Source of the DNA: Peptoniphilus sp.
Lineage (GTDB): Bacteria; Bacillota; Clostridia; Tissierellales; Peptoniphilaceae
Reading direction: 5' to 3'
NCBI RefSeq assembly: GCF_050943655.1
Contig: NZ_JBMNPQ010000001.1
Span: forward strand, 15,238-79,237
DNA: 64,000 nucleotides
In this document: one piece after another, positions 1-10,600 of the stretch
Layout: every line of letters begins with the position of its first letter
Numbering within the stretch: the first letter of the stretch is position 1
Position numbers and translations under genes: made by a program
The notes under the pieces: generated by a model
Databases searched by the model: none
Seen by the model: only the letters and a program-made list of their open reading frames with translations
Told to the model about the DNA's origin: nothing

Positions 1-2
1 TC

Positions 3-1196
3 TACGATGTAAAAATCGGTCTTTTTGGAGCTGCGTTTTTGTATCCATTTTTGCCAGATGCCGCAGGACTAATAATGCTTCTTTCTATGGGATTTTTTGT
101 CCTAATAAGATCAATTTTGTTTAAAGAAAAAATTGAAGTTATGGATATCACTCTTCCAATTGGACTATTTGGTTTTGTGGCAATCTTTGCGACAATTACA
201 TCAATTGAGCCCATGGGATCATTGCGTGACTTGGCTCTTAATGCAGCTGGACTGAGCTTTGTATTTGCAATGACAAACACAATAAAGAAGAAGAGCGAGC
301 TAAACGCATTTATTTCAGTCTTTTTAGTATCAGCTCTTTTAGTTGGACTAATTGGAATCTACCAAAGATTTACTGGAGTAGAGATGAGACCAGAGTGGCT
401 TGATGTTGAAAACAACACAGACATTGCCGTTCGTGTGTACTCAGTATTTCAAAATCCAAACATCTTGGCAGAGTATTTAGTAATGCTAATACCACTTGCA
501 GTTGGAGTTACATGGCACACCAAGAGCATGAGAAAAAAAATAGTATTTACTGGTGCAACTGGGTTACTTCTAGTATGTATCTTGCTGACTCTTTCTCGTG
601 GAGGCTGGGTTGGAATTGCCTTTGCAGCTCTTACTTTTATAATCTTAGTAGATCTTAGACTTTTAATTTTGGCAATACCAGTGGGACTTGGCGGACTTAT
701 GTTTTTGCCAGACCAAATGCTAAATAGAATTATCTCCATTGGATCAACTGTAGACTCGTCAAACTCATACAGAATAAAAATATGGGAGATAACTATGAAT
801 TTAATTCGCGACCACAAAGTTGGCGGAGTTGGCTTTGGTTATATTCCATTTAAAAAGACTTTCGAAACTTATATAAGAACAATGCCAATTTATCACGCAC
901 ACAACACTTATCTTGAAGTTGCGGCAGAAATTGGTATAGCTGGACTATTTATCTTCATGCTATTTATGCTATCAACGCTTAAATATGCCTATATAAATTT
1001 AGTAAAATCTGAAGATAAGTATTACAAATATATTGGAGCAGGACTATGCGCAAGTATAGTTGGTATTATGGCTCACGGACTTGTGGAACACTTCCTATAC
1101 ATTCCGAGAATAATTTTTACATTCTGGATAATTATAGGAATAATATTTACAGCAATTAAAGTTCAAAAAAATGAAAAAATAGAAATTCAAAATTAA
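3..1196 (+). CDS. O-antigen ligase/Wzy-like polysaccharide ligase-polymerase family membrane protein (5' end probably outside the window)
   Basis: Multi-TM protein with NPNILAEYL, LTLSRGGW and HAHNTYLEVAAEIG motifs. The frame stays open back to the window start, so the ORF-track start at 39 is probably internal. Confidence 0.8.
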   Translation, partial: YDVKIGLFGAAFLYPFLPDAAGLIMLLSMGFFVLIRSILFKEKIEVMDITLPIGLFGFVAIFATITSIEPMGSLRDLALNAAGLSFVFAMTNTIKKKSELNAFISVFLVSALLVGLIGIYQRFTGVEMRPEWLDVENNTDIAVRVYSVFQNPNILAEYLVMLIPLAVGVTWHTKSMRKKIVFTGATGLLLVCILLTLSRGGWVGIAFAALTFIILVDLRLLILAIPVGLGGLMFLPDQMLNRIISIGSTVDSSNSYRIKIWEITMNLIRDHKVGGVGFGYIPFKKTFETYIRTMPIYHAHNTYLEVAAEIGIAGLFIFMLFMLSTLKYAYINLVKSEDKYYKYIGAGLCASIVGIMAHGLVEHFLYIPRIIFTFWIIIGIIFTAIKVQKNEKIEIQN

Positions 1197-1226
1197 TATA
1201 AAAATCAATTAGAAAATGTGATTTGT

Positions 1227-2321
1227 ATGAAAAAAATTGTAATGTCTGGTTACTTTGGTTTTGACAATTCGGGAGATGACGCAATACTTAAGGCCATGGT
1301 GGCGGATTTTAAAAAAGTTAATAAGGATCTTTTTTTGACTGCTCTTTCAAATAATCCAGAGAAGACGAGGAAGGTCTATGGAATAAATGCCGTAAATAGA
1401 TTTAAGGTTTCAGAAGTTTGGAAGACTCTAGGAGAGTGCGACATCTTCCTTTCAGGAGGAGGGTCTTTGTTGCAAGACTTTACTTCAACAAGGTCAATCA
1501 TCTATTACTTGGCAGTGATTTTGATGGCGAAGATGCGCAAAAAAAAGGTCTATGTCTATGCAAATGGAATTGGACCAATTGACAAGGGCTTTAGCAGATT
1601 CTTGACAAAATTTGTCCTAAACCGAGTGGACTTCATAACTCTAAGAGATAGTTTTTCACAAGAATTTGTAAAAAAATTGGGAGTAAAAAATAAAAATATT
1701 TTAGTCACAGCCGATCCAGTTTTTTCACTTGAGTCTGCAACAGATACAAGAGTAAAAGAGATACTTGAAATTGAAAATATTAAGCTCACAGAAAACACTA
1801 TTGGGTTTTGCCTAAGGGATTATGAAAACAGCAAGAGTTTAAAAATAAAATTTGCAGAAGTTGTGGACATGTTAATTGAAGACGGATACGACGTGCTCCT
1901 CGTTCCCTTCCACATGCCTCGCGACAATGTTTATTCAAAAGACATTGCCGAGCTTTCAAGACATAAAGATAAGGTCCAGGTAGTGGAGAATACTTATTCT
2001 GCAGGAGAGCTTATGGGAATTTTTAAAGACTTAAAGCTTTTAGTTGCCATGAGGCTTCACTCCGTAATATATGGAGCCAATGTAAATCTTCCAATGGTTG
2101 GAGTAATTTATGATCCAAAGGTTAGGGCAATGGTGCACGAACTTGGAATTAAAGAATCTGTGGAAGTTAATGACTTTACTTCAAAAGAACTTTATGAAAA
2201 AATAAATAAAACTCTTTCAAGTTTAGAAGATAGCAAAGAAGTTCTTGAGAAGAATACAGAGATAATGAGACAAAAAGCTCACAAAAATGTAGAAATAGCA
2301 ATGGAGCTTTTGGAAAAATAA
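1227..2321 (+). CDS. csaB: Polysaccharide pyruvyl transferase CsaB
   Basis: SGYFGFDNSGDDAIL, GGGSLLQD, LRD and AMRLHS motifs. ATG at 1227 preferred over GTG at 1218. Confidence 0.9.
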   Translation: MKKIVMSGYFGFDNSGDDAILKAMVADFKKVNKDLFLTALSNNPEKTRKVYGINAVNRFKVSEVWKTLGECDIFLSGGGSLLQDFTSTRSIIYYLAVILMAKMRKKKVYVYANGIGPIDKGFSRFLTKFVLNRVDFITLRDSFSQEFVKKLGVKNKNILVTADPVFSLESATDTRVKEILEIENIKLTENTIGFCLRDYENSKSLKIKFAEVVDMLIEDGYDVLLVPFHMPRDNVYSKDIAELSRHKDKVQVVENTYSAGELMGIFKDLKLLVAMRLHSVIYGANVNLPMVGVIYDPKVRAMVHELGIKESVEVNDFTSKELYEKINKTLSSLEDSKEVLEKNTEIMRQKAHKNVEIAMELLEK

Positions 2322-2329
2322 AAAATCTT

Positions 2330-2358
2330 AGGACATATCGAAAGGTATGTCTTTTTTT
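2330..2358 (+). terminator. Intrinsic terminator after csaB
   Basis: AGGACATATC-GAAA-GGTATGTCTT followed by a T-tract. Confidence 0.75.
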
Positions 2359-2476
2359 AAGTTTTATTTATTAAAAAGAGAGAGTTAAATAAAAATTTTA
2401 AATAAGTGTGAAGTGCTCGATTAAAAAAATTAAAATTCATATAAAAAAGACTGCCACAAAAGTGACAGCCATAAAA

Positions 2477-3352
2477 CTAAATTGAAAGTTCTTTAAATCC
2501 CTTGCCCAGTATTTCGGAAGTGTCGTTAACCGCCATAAAGGCATCGGGATCAATTCTTTTTACGATTTGACGTACCTTTACTAGTTGCCTTGATGAACAA
2601 ATTACATAGGCCATGTAAAGGTCTTTTTTCTTATAAGCAGTTCTACAATTAATAAATGTAGCGCCTCTGTTAATTTCTTTATAAATTTCAGTTACAATTT
2701 CGTCGTATTTTTCAGAAATTATAAATATTTGCTTTTGAATTCCAACTCCAAGCTGCATTCTGTCGATTACACTGTAGGTTATATACATGAGTATCAAAGT
2801 GTAAAGAGCTTGGTCTGGCGTGTAGATAAAGGCAAGTGCACAGATAATCATAAAGTTTATTATCATTAGCACGCTTCCTATGCTCACGTTAAAATATTTT
2901 TTTATGATTGCAGCAATAATATCTAATCCGCCTGTTGAAGTTCCATGCATAAAGGCAATTCCTGCACCAATTCCGTTTAGTAGTCCGCCAAATACGGCAG
3001 CTAAAAATGGATCTTTAGTTATGTAGAAACCTGGTAGAAATCTTTCTATTAACGAAACAAAGAAAGATAAAAATAGCACAGAAATTCCAGAGAAAAAAGC
3101 AAAGTCTCTATCTAGAAAAATTATACTCAAAATAAATGTAGGCGTATTTAATAATAAAATTAATATTGATAGCTTCATCCCCGTCAGTCTACTAATTAGG
3201 ATTGACAGACCTGAAAGGCCACCTGATATTAAATCATTTGCCTTGATAAATACAACGATTGAAAAAGATGTAAAAATCATGCAGACAAGTACTGACATTA
3301 GCTTTACGAAAAATGTTTTCGAAAATATCCAATTTTTAAGATTTTTATTCAT
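2477..3352 (-). CDS. YitT family membrane protein
   Basis: GGLSGLSILI, GTSTGGLDIIA and the C-terminal IVKRIDPDAF (DUF2179-like) motif. Confidence 0.85.
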   Translation of the reverse strand: MNKNLKNWIFSKTFFVKLMSVLVCMIFTSFSIVVFIKANDLISGGLSGLSILISRLTGMKLSILILLLNTPTFILSIIFLDRDFAFFSGISVLFLSFFVSLIERFLPGFYITKDPFLAAVFGGLLNGIGAGIAFMHGTSTGGLDIIAAIIKKYFNVSIGSVLMIINFMIICALAFIYTPDQALYTLILMYITYSVIDRMQLGVGIQKQIFIISEKYDEIVTEIYKEINRGATFINCRTAYKKKDLYMAYVICSSRQLVKVRQIVKRIDPDAFMAVNDTSEILGKGFKELSI

Positions 3353-3614
3353 TGCATCAAACTCCCAAATCTATAATACTATATATGTACCTATAATTGA
3401 AGTACTAAAAGAACAATATTAACTATAAATAAAACCAAAATCGCGATTTAAATATATATTTTAAAAATGTAATTTAGCAGTTAAAAGCGTGAAATTACCT
3501 TTGTTTTAAAATATAAAATTAATGTTACTTTTTGAATAGTGATGTAACATTTTGAAACATTTGTAAAAACTAATAATATAATTTAAAACAATTCGTTAAA
3601 GTTACACTAGTTCC

Positions 3615-3643
3615 TTGAATTTAAAAAATCCCTTTGATATAAT
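3615..3643 (+). promoter_or_regulatory. Sigma-A promoter of gdh
   Basis: TTGAAT-17 nt-TATAAT, 56 nt upstream of the start codon. Confidence 0.7.
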
Positions 3644-3699
3644 AAATCTGGATGAAAAAGTTACCAATGTTTTATACATAGTAAAAGGAGAGTGTTAAA

Positions 3700-4965
3700 A
3701 TGACAGATACATTAAATCCATTAGTAGCAGCACAACAAAAAGTTAAAGCTGCTTGTGACAAATTAGGTGCAGATCCTGCAGTATATGAAATTTTAAAAGA
3801 ACCTGAAAGAGTTATTGAAATTTCTATTCCAGTTAAAATGGACGACGGATCAGTAAAAGTTTTCAAAGGTTGGAGATCAGCTCACTCAACAGCTGTAGGT
3901 CCTGCTAAGGGAGGATGTAGATTCCACCCTAACGTAAACATGGACGAAGTTAAAGCTCTTTCTCTTTGGATGACATTCAAAGGTGGAGCACTAGGTCTTC
4001 CATACGGTGGAGGTAAAGGTGGTATTTGTGTAGATCCATCTGAACTTTCTGATAGAGAACTTGAACAACTTGCAAGAGGATATGTAAGAGGACTTTACAA
4101 ATATCTTGGCGAAAGAATCGACATTCCAGCACCAGACGTAAACACTAATGGACAAATTATGTCTTGGTTCATGGACGAATATATTAAACTTAACGGCGAC
4201 AGAATGGACCTTGGTACATTCACTGGTAAACCAGTAGACTTCGGTGGATCTCAAGGAAGAAACGAAGCAACTGGATTTGGTGTTGCAGTAGTAACAAGAG
4301 AAGCTGCTAAACGTTACGGAATCGACTTTGCTACAGCTAAAATCGCTGTTCAAGGATTCGGAAACGTTGGATCTTTCACAGTTAAAAACATTGAAAGACA
4401 AGGCGGAAAAGTTTGCGCACTAGCTGAATGGGACAAAAAAGAAGGTAACTATGCTCTTTACAACGAAGACGGAATGAGCTTTAAAGAACTTCTTGCTTAC
4501 AAGAACGAACACAAAACTCTTATCGGATTCCCTGGAGCAAAACAAATTTCTAACGAAGAATTCTGGGAAGGCGAATATGACATTCTAATTCCAGCAGCTC
4601 TTGAAAATGTAATCACTGGCGAAGTTGCATCTAAACTTAACGTTAAATTAGTTTGTGAAGCAGCTAACGGTCCTACAACTCCAGAAGGAGACAAAGCTCT
4701 AGCTGAAAAAGGAATTCCACTAACTCCAGACATCTTAACTAACTCAGGTGGAGTACTTGTATCTTACTACGAATGGGTACAAAACCAATACGGATACTAC
4801 TGGACAGAAGCAGAAGTTGAAGAAAAACAAGAAGCTGACATGATGAAAGCTATCGAAGGCGTATTCGGCGTTTGCGATGAATATGATGTAGTTCCTAGAG
4901 AAGGAGTTTACATGTACGCTATTCAAGGAATTGAAAAAGCTATGAAACTTAGAGGATGGTTCTAA
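3700..4965 (+). CDS. gdhA: NAD-specific glutamate dehydrogenase
   Basis: GPAKGGCRFHP, GGGKGG, PAPDVNT, QGFGNVG and EAANGP motifs. Codon usage is strongly biased, as expected for a highly expressed gene. Confidence 0.95.
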   Translation: MTDTLNPLVAAQQKVKAACDKLGADPAVYEILKEPERVIEISIPVKMDDGSVKVFKGWRSAHSTAVGPAKGGCRFHPNVNMDEVKALSLWMTFKGGALGLPYGGGKGGICVDPSELSDRELEQLARGYVRGLYKYLGERIDIPAPDVNTNGQIMSWFMDEYIKLNGDRMDLGTFTGKPVDFGGSQGRNEATGFGVAVVTREAAKRYGIDFATAKIAVQGFGNVGSFTVKNIERQGGKVCALAEWDKKEGNYALYNEDGMSFKELLAYKNEHKTLIGFPGAKQISNEEFWEGEYDILIPAALENVITGEVASKLNVKLVCEAANGPTTPEGDKALAEKGIPLTPDILTNSGGVLVSYYEWVQNQYGYYWTEAEVEEKQEADMMKAIEGVFGVCDEYDVVPREGVYMYAIQGIEKAMKLRGWF

Positions 4966-4994
4966 TTAATTAGAATTAAAATTTAGATTTTAAA

Positions 4995-5019
4995 AGGCCA
5001 GTTTTTACTGGTCTTTTTT
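4995..5019 (+). terminator. Intrinsic terminator after gdh
   Basis: AGGCCAGT-TTTT-ACTGGTCT followed by Ts. Confidence 0.75.
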
Positions 5020-5337
5020 AATGCCCTTAATTAGTTGTGGATATGTTGGAGTCGCTTAGAGGTTTTTAAATTTTAAAAACTTTTATTACTTTTAAATCTT
5101 TAAAGGCCTGCGGATGTTGTCTTTTAAAAACTTTTAAAAAGATGAGGAAGTAAAAAATCTTAAAATTTATAATGCTCATGAATTTATTATGAAGTATTTT
5201 TGCATTGCTCTTTTTACGTTTTCATCAAAATACTTCTTAAAAAATAAAATAATACGATAACCTAACCAAGAAATTTTTAAAATTTCATCTATAACGCTCT
5301 TCTTGTTTTTGCAAGATTTTAATTATATAATTTAAGT

Positions 5338-6024
5338 ATGAAAAGAGATTATCCAATAATAGAGGCGCCCACTTCGAGATGGATATTGGGATATATTATT
5401 TCCATACTTTCTTTTGTCGTAGTGGCCTTCGCATCATATTTTTTAAAAATTGAAAGTTTAATTTTAAATGCAGTAATTCTTGCAGTAATAGGAATTTTGG
5501 CACTTTTAATTATCGACAAAAATTTCCTTTTAAAAATTTTTAAACCACTAAAGCTTAAGGATTTGGGATATATAGTCCTTGGTGTCATAATAATGTTTGT
5601 TGCAATAATTATCTCATCCATTGTCCTTTCAAAGGTCGAGATGAACGTGAGCAACAATCCAATTTTTGATATGATTGATAAAGAAAATCTAATCGAATTT
5701 TTTATTTCGTCTGTAATTCAGTTTATCACTGAGGAGATTATTTTTATTATTCCGTTTTTGTTTGTAATAAATAAAAGTAAAATCCAAAATAGGTTTTTAA
5801 AAGTTCTACTTGCAGTTTTACTTTCTTCAGTCACTTTTGGACTTATGCACCTTTCGACTTATGATTTTAATTTTCTGCAAGCTATTTTAATTATTTCTAT
5901 TGTTAGGACAGGACTAACTATGTCTTATATCATCAGCAAAAATTTAACTGTCACTTATATTGTCCACATTATCTATGACTGGAGCATAATCCTTGCGGGA
6001 CTTCAGTTTGCTGTAAATTTTTAG
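5338..6024 (+). CDS. CPBP (CAAX/Abi) family intramembrane metalloprotease
   Basis: EE, FGLMH and HIIYD motifs in a multi-TM protein. Confidence 0.85.
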   Translation: MKRDYPIIEAPTSRWILGYIISILSFVVVAFASYFLKIESLILNAVILAVIGILALLIIDKNFLLKIFKPLKLKDLGYIVLGVIIMFVAIIISSIVLSKVEMNVSNNPIFDMIDKENLIEFFISSVIQFITEEIIFIIPFLFVINKSKIQNRFLKVLLAVLLSSVTFGLMHLSTYDFNFLQAILIISIVRTGLTMSYIISKNLTVTYIVHIIYDWSIILAGLQFAVNF

Positions 6025-6076
6025 TAAATATTTACTTTTAGAAACAGAATTTTAAATACAAAACATTTTTACTTTA

Positions 6077-6252
6077 TGCTATAATGTTTTTATGATTTTA
6101 TGGAGGAATTAAGTTGAGATATAAATTTATTTTTAATTATCTTCACAATAAAATATTTTTATTTTTGTCAACAAACGCTATAAGTGCGGAATTTTTCCAT
6201 ACAGGAGATACTGTATAATTTAGGGAACTCTAGAGGAGTTCTCTATTTTTTT
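6077..6252 (+). promoter_or_regulatory. purF-purL leader: extended -10 promoter, hairpins and an intrinsic terminator (attenuator-like)
   Basis: TGcTATAAT at 6077-6085. Hairpin ATACAG/CTGTAT at 6199-6216. 9-bp terminator AGGGAACTC/GAGTTCTCT at 6222-6244 with T7, ending 22 nt before purF. Confidence 0.65.
6114..6218 (+). CDS. Candidate 34-aa leader peptide MRYKFIFNYLHNKIFLFLSTNAISAEFFHTGDTV
   Basis: GGAGG at 6102-6106, 7 nt before TTG. Open for 34 codons, with the stop 3 nt before the terminator stem. Confidence 0.35.
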   Translation: MRYKFIFNYLHNKIFLFLSTNAISAEFFHTGDTV

Positions 6253-6274
6253 AGAATTTATTTTAGGAGTTAAG

Positions 6275-7633
6275 ATGAGTGCAATAATTGGTATTTATTC
6301 GAATCAAGATGTTAGCAAAAAACTTTTTTATGGACTAAATTCTCTTCAACACAGAGGACAAGAAGCCAGTGGTATATGTGTATACAATGAAGATGGTTTA
6401 GTTTTGGACAAGGACAATGGACTTGTTTATGATCATTTTAATGACGAGAGCTTTGAAAGGCTTAGTGGAAAAATTGGAATTGGCCATGTGAGATATGCAA
6501 CTGCAAACAAACCTCATGTCTACAATGCACAACCACTACTTGCTTTTGCAAGGGGAAGAGAATTTGCCCTTGCTCACGACGGAAGTTTAGTAAACGACGA
6601 AGAACTTAGAAAAAAACTAAGCGATGAAGGTGCATTATTTCAAACTGCAATCGACACTGAAGTTATTTTGTCTCTAGTTGCAAGATCATACGACGGCGAC
6701 ATTGTTGAAGCCATCAAAAAAACTATGGATACTATTGAGGGAGCATACTCCGTTGTAATGTTATTTGACAACAAGCTAGTTGCCTTTAGAGATCCTAATG
6801 GATTTAGACCTCTTGTAATAGGCGAGTCCGTAGATGGTGAAATTATTATTGCATCTGAAAATGCGCCAATAGAAATTATTGGACGAGACGACAATATGAG
6901 AGATGTAGAACCAGGCGAGATAATCGTTGTAGATGAAACTGGTCTTCATTCTTATCACCACGGCAATGTCAATAAAAAGCACTGCATCTTTGAATATGTA
7001 TATTTTGCAAGAAACGATGCAAATTTAGACGGTGTCAATGCTTATAACTTCCGCAGAAGATGTGGAGAAGAATTGGCAAAAGAAGCACCTGTTGATGCAG
7101 ATCTTGTAATAGCAGTTCCAGACAGCGGCACTCCTGGTGCAATGGGTTATGCTCAAGAGTCAGGCATTCCATTTGCTGAGGGACTTGTTAAAAATAGATA
7201 TATGGGAAGAACTTTTATTAAGACTACTCAAGAGGAAAGAGAGCTTGCTGTTAAACTTAAACTAAATCCGCTTGAAGTTGTTTTAAAAGATAAAAAGATT
7301 ATTGTAGTTGACGACTCCATAGTAAGGGGAACTACTTCTCGCAATTTAATCAAGAGAATGAAAGAAGCTGGAGCAAAAGAGGTTCATTTTAGAATTATTT
7401 CCCCACCAGTTATGTATCCATGTTATTATGGTATTGATACTCCTTCTAGAAAGAAGTTAATTGCAGCCAACTATTCTATAGAAGAAATTAGAGAGAGAAT
7501 TGGAGCAGATAGTCTTGCTTTTATTTCTATGGAGGGGATGTTAAAGGCAAGTAAACTAGATGAAGATGTATTCTGCAAAGCTTGCTTTGACGGAGATTAT
7601 GCTGTATGGCCAAAAGAATCAGATGAGGTGTGA
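6275..7633 (+). CDS. purF: Amidophosphoribosyltransferase
   Basis: LQHRGQEASG, GHVRY, VPDSG and VVDDSIVRGTTS (PRPP-binding) motifs. Confidence 0.95.
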   Translation: MSAIIGIYSNQDVSKKLFYGLNSLQHRGQEASGICVYNEDGLVLDKDNGLVYDHFNDESFERLSGKIGIGHVRYATANKPHVYNAQPLLAFARGREFALAHDGSLVNDEELRKKLSDEGALFQTAIDTEVILSLVARSYDGDIVEAIKKTMDTIEGAYSVVMLFDNKLVAFRDPNGFRPLVIGESVDGEIIIASENAPIEIIGRDDNMRDVEPGEIIVVDETGLHSYHHGNVNKKHCIFEYVYFARNDANLDGVNAYNFRRRCGEELAKEAPVDADLVIAVPDSGTPGAMGYAQESGIPFAEGLVKNRYMGRTFIKTTQEERELAVKLKLNPLEVVLKDKKIIVVDDSIVRGTTSRNLIKRMKEAGAKEVHFRIISPPVMYPCYYGIDTPSRKKLIAANYSIEEIRERIGADSLAFISMEGMLKASKLDEDVFCKACFDGDYAVWPKESDEV

Positions 7634-7634
7634 T

Positions 7635-10600
7635 ATGGTAAATGTAAAAAGAATTTATGTATGCAAGAAAGATGAATTTGATTACAAATCTAAAAATCTA
7701 ATAAGTGAAATTAAAAACTCTCTAAAGATTGACCTAGAATATTTAAAAGCTTATAGAAGATATGACATTGAAATTGACGATGAGACTCTAGAGAAGACAA
7801 TCAACACTGTTTTTTCTGAGCCACCGGTTGATGAGGTGTTTTATAAAGATGTTAAAGAGCTAGAAGAAAGCTTTGAAAGTCCAATTGGAATTCAATTTTT
7901 GCCTGGACAATTCGACAATAGAGAAGCGGGACTTGTTCAAACTATTGCTTTATTTACAGATAAAGAAGTAAGGGCAAAAGTTACAGAAGTTTACGACTTA
8001 AAAGGCGTAAGTGGAGAAGAGCTCGAAAATATAAAGGCATTTTTAATTAATCCTGTTGACTCAACAGAAGTAGATGTGTTTAAAGTACAAAGCATGAGGG
8101 AATCAGGAAGACAAAATCTTGAAAATATTGTCTATGACGGATTTAATGAACTTGACGAAAAAGGACTTAAAAACTTCTTAGACGAAAAATCTTTGGCAAT
8201 GAGCCTTGAAGACTTAAAAGTTGTTCAAGAATATTTCAACAAAGAAAACAGAGACCCTAACGAAACTGAAATTGCAATAATAGATACTTATTGGTCTGAT
8301 CACTGCCGTCACACTACTTTTAACACAGAACTTGGCATTGATTTTAATGTTGCAACTGAACTTGATAAAGAAATAAAAGCGGCTTTTGATGAATACTTAA
8401 AAATTAGAGAAGAATTAAAAATACAAAAGCCAATTACTTTAATGAGCTTTGGAACAATTTTATCAAAATATCTTCGTGCAAATGGAAAACTTGACGATTT
8501 AGAAATTTCTTCAGAAATTAATGCCTGCTCAATTAAAATAAAGGCAAGAGTTGAAGTTGATGGAAAAGAAGAGTTAAGAGACTATCTTTTGATGTTTAAA
8601 AACGAAACTCACAACCACCCAACAGAAATCGAACCAGTTGGAGGAGCGAGCACTTGTCTTGGTGGAGCAATAAGAGACCCACTCTCTGGCAGAAGCTATG
8701 TATATCAAGCAATGAGAGTTACAGGAGCAGCCGATCCATTTACACCAGTTGAAGAGACTCTAGAAGGAAAGCTTCCACAAAAGAAAATAACAAGAGAAGC
8801 AGCCCTTGGCTACTCTTCTTACGGAAACCAAATCGGGGTTGCATCTGGACTAATTGATGAAATTTACCACCCAGGTTATGTTGCAAAGAGAATGGAAACT
8901 GGAGCAGTGATGGCTGCAGCGCCAATGGAAAATGTAAAGAGACTTGACCCAGTATGTGGCGATGTAGTAATACTTCTTGGTGGCAGAACTGGCCGTGACG
9001 GAATTGGTGGAGCGACAGGCTCATCTAAATCTCATAACGTTGAATCAATTGCAACAGAATCAGCACAAGTTCAAAAGGGAAATGCACCAGAAGAGAGAAA
9101 AATTCAAAGACTATTTAGAAACCCAGAAGCTGCAAAACTTATCAAAAAATGTAACGACTTCGGAGCAGGTGGAGTTTCTGTAGCAATTGGTGAACTTGCA
9201 GACTCAATTGAAGTGAGTCTTGACAAAGTGCCACTAAAATATGACGGACTAAAGCCAAAAGAAATCGCAATATCTGAGTCACAAGAGAGAATGGCAGTAG
9301 TTGTTGCAAAAAACGATGCAGAAAAATTCATGGCTCTTGCCGATGAAGAAAACCTAGAATCAACAATTGTTGCAAAAGTTACAGACGACAACAGACTTAG
9401 AATGTACTATGGCGATGAAATTATCTGCGACATGGGATATGACTTTATCAACTCAACTGGAGCAGATAGATACGAAGAAGTTTCTGTAGTATCAGAAGAC
9501 TTTGCACCAATGCTTGTAAGCGCAGACAAAGATCCAAAGAATTTATACGACTATTTGAGCGATTTAAATATAACTTCTAAGAAGAACATGATTGAACTTT
9601 TCGACTCATCTGTTGGAAGAAGCACTGTGCTTCAACCGCTTGGAGGAAAAAATCAAGAAACACCAATTGGCGCAATGGCAGCTCTTATTCCAACTCTAGA
9701 TGGAGTTTCCAAAACTGCATCACTTATGAGTTATGGATTTAACCCAATTCTTTCAGAAGAATCACAATTCTTGGGCGGATACTATGCAGTAATTGAATCT
9801 ATTGCAAAACTTGTGGCAGTTGGTTCACCAGTAGATGACATCAGACTTTCATTCCAAGAGTTTTACGAAAAAATGAGCTCAAAAGAAGCTTGGTCAAAAC
9901 CACTTAAATCTCTACTTGGAGCATTTGTGGCATCATCTGCCTTTGACGCACCTCCAATTGGAGGAAAGGACTCCATGAGTGGAACATTTGAAGATATAAA
10001 TGTGCCGCCAACATTAATTTCTTTTGCAGTAAACACACAAGATGCAGAAAAAATTATTGGACCAGAATTTAAGAGCAAGGGCAAAATTGGTCTTGTTACA
10101 ATTAAGAGAAATGTGACTGGAACAGTTGACTTAGATGAACTTAAAGAAAACTTCAAGAAAGTTAATAGGGAAATTGAAAGTGGAAATATAATTGCAGCAT
10201 CTGCAATTAATCACAAGGGAACACTTCCAGGAATTTATGAAATGGCAATTTCAAACACTGGATTTGAAGTAGAACTTGAGGACTTATATTCACCACTTTA
10301 CGGATCTTTTATCGTAGAATATTTAGAAGATAGAGACTTCATCGAAGAAGTTGGAGAATTTAAAGAAGTAGGAAACATCGTAGTTAATGGCGAAAAGCTA
10401 GATGATGAAAAATTAAAAGATGCTTACCTACACACATTAGATGAAATATTTAAACCAGTGGACAAAAACGAACTGGGAGAATTTAAACAAGGAAAAGCTG
10501 AAAAGAGAAAAATGAAATCAACTAAACCAGTTGATGAAGTAAAGGTAATCGTGCCAGCATTCCCTGGAACAAACTCTGAATGGGACACTGCAGATGCTTT

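Noticed and set aside
4966-5337. 370-nt AT-rich gap after gdh as an sRNA or gene remnant
   Set aside because: Beyond the gdh terminator and a probable downstream promoter, I found no convincing ORF or structure.
6090-6274. Known purine, ZTP or ykkC-type riboswitch upstream of purF
   Set aside because: I could not find the conserved cores of those aptamers. The region is reported as a candidate attenuator instead, and an Rfam scan is still needed.
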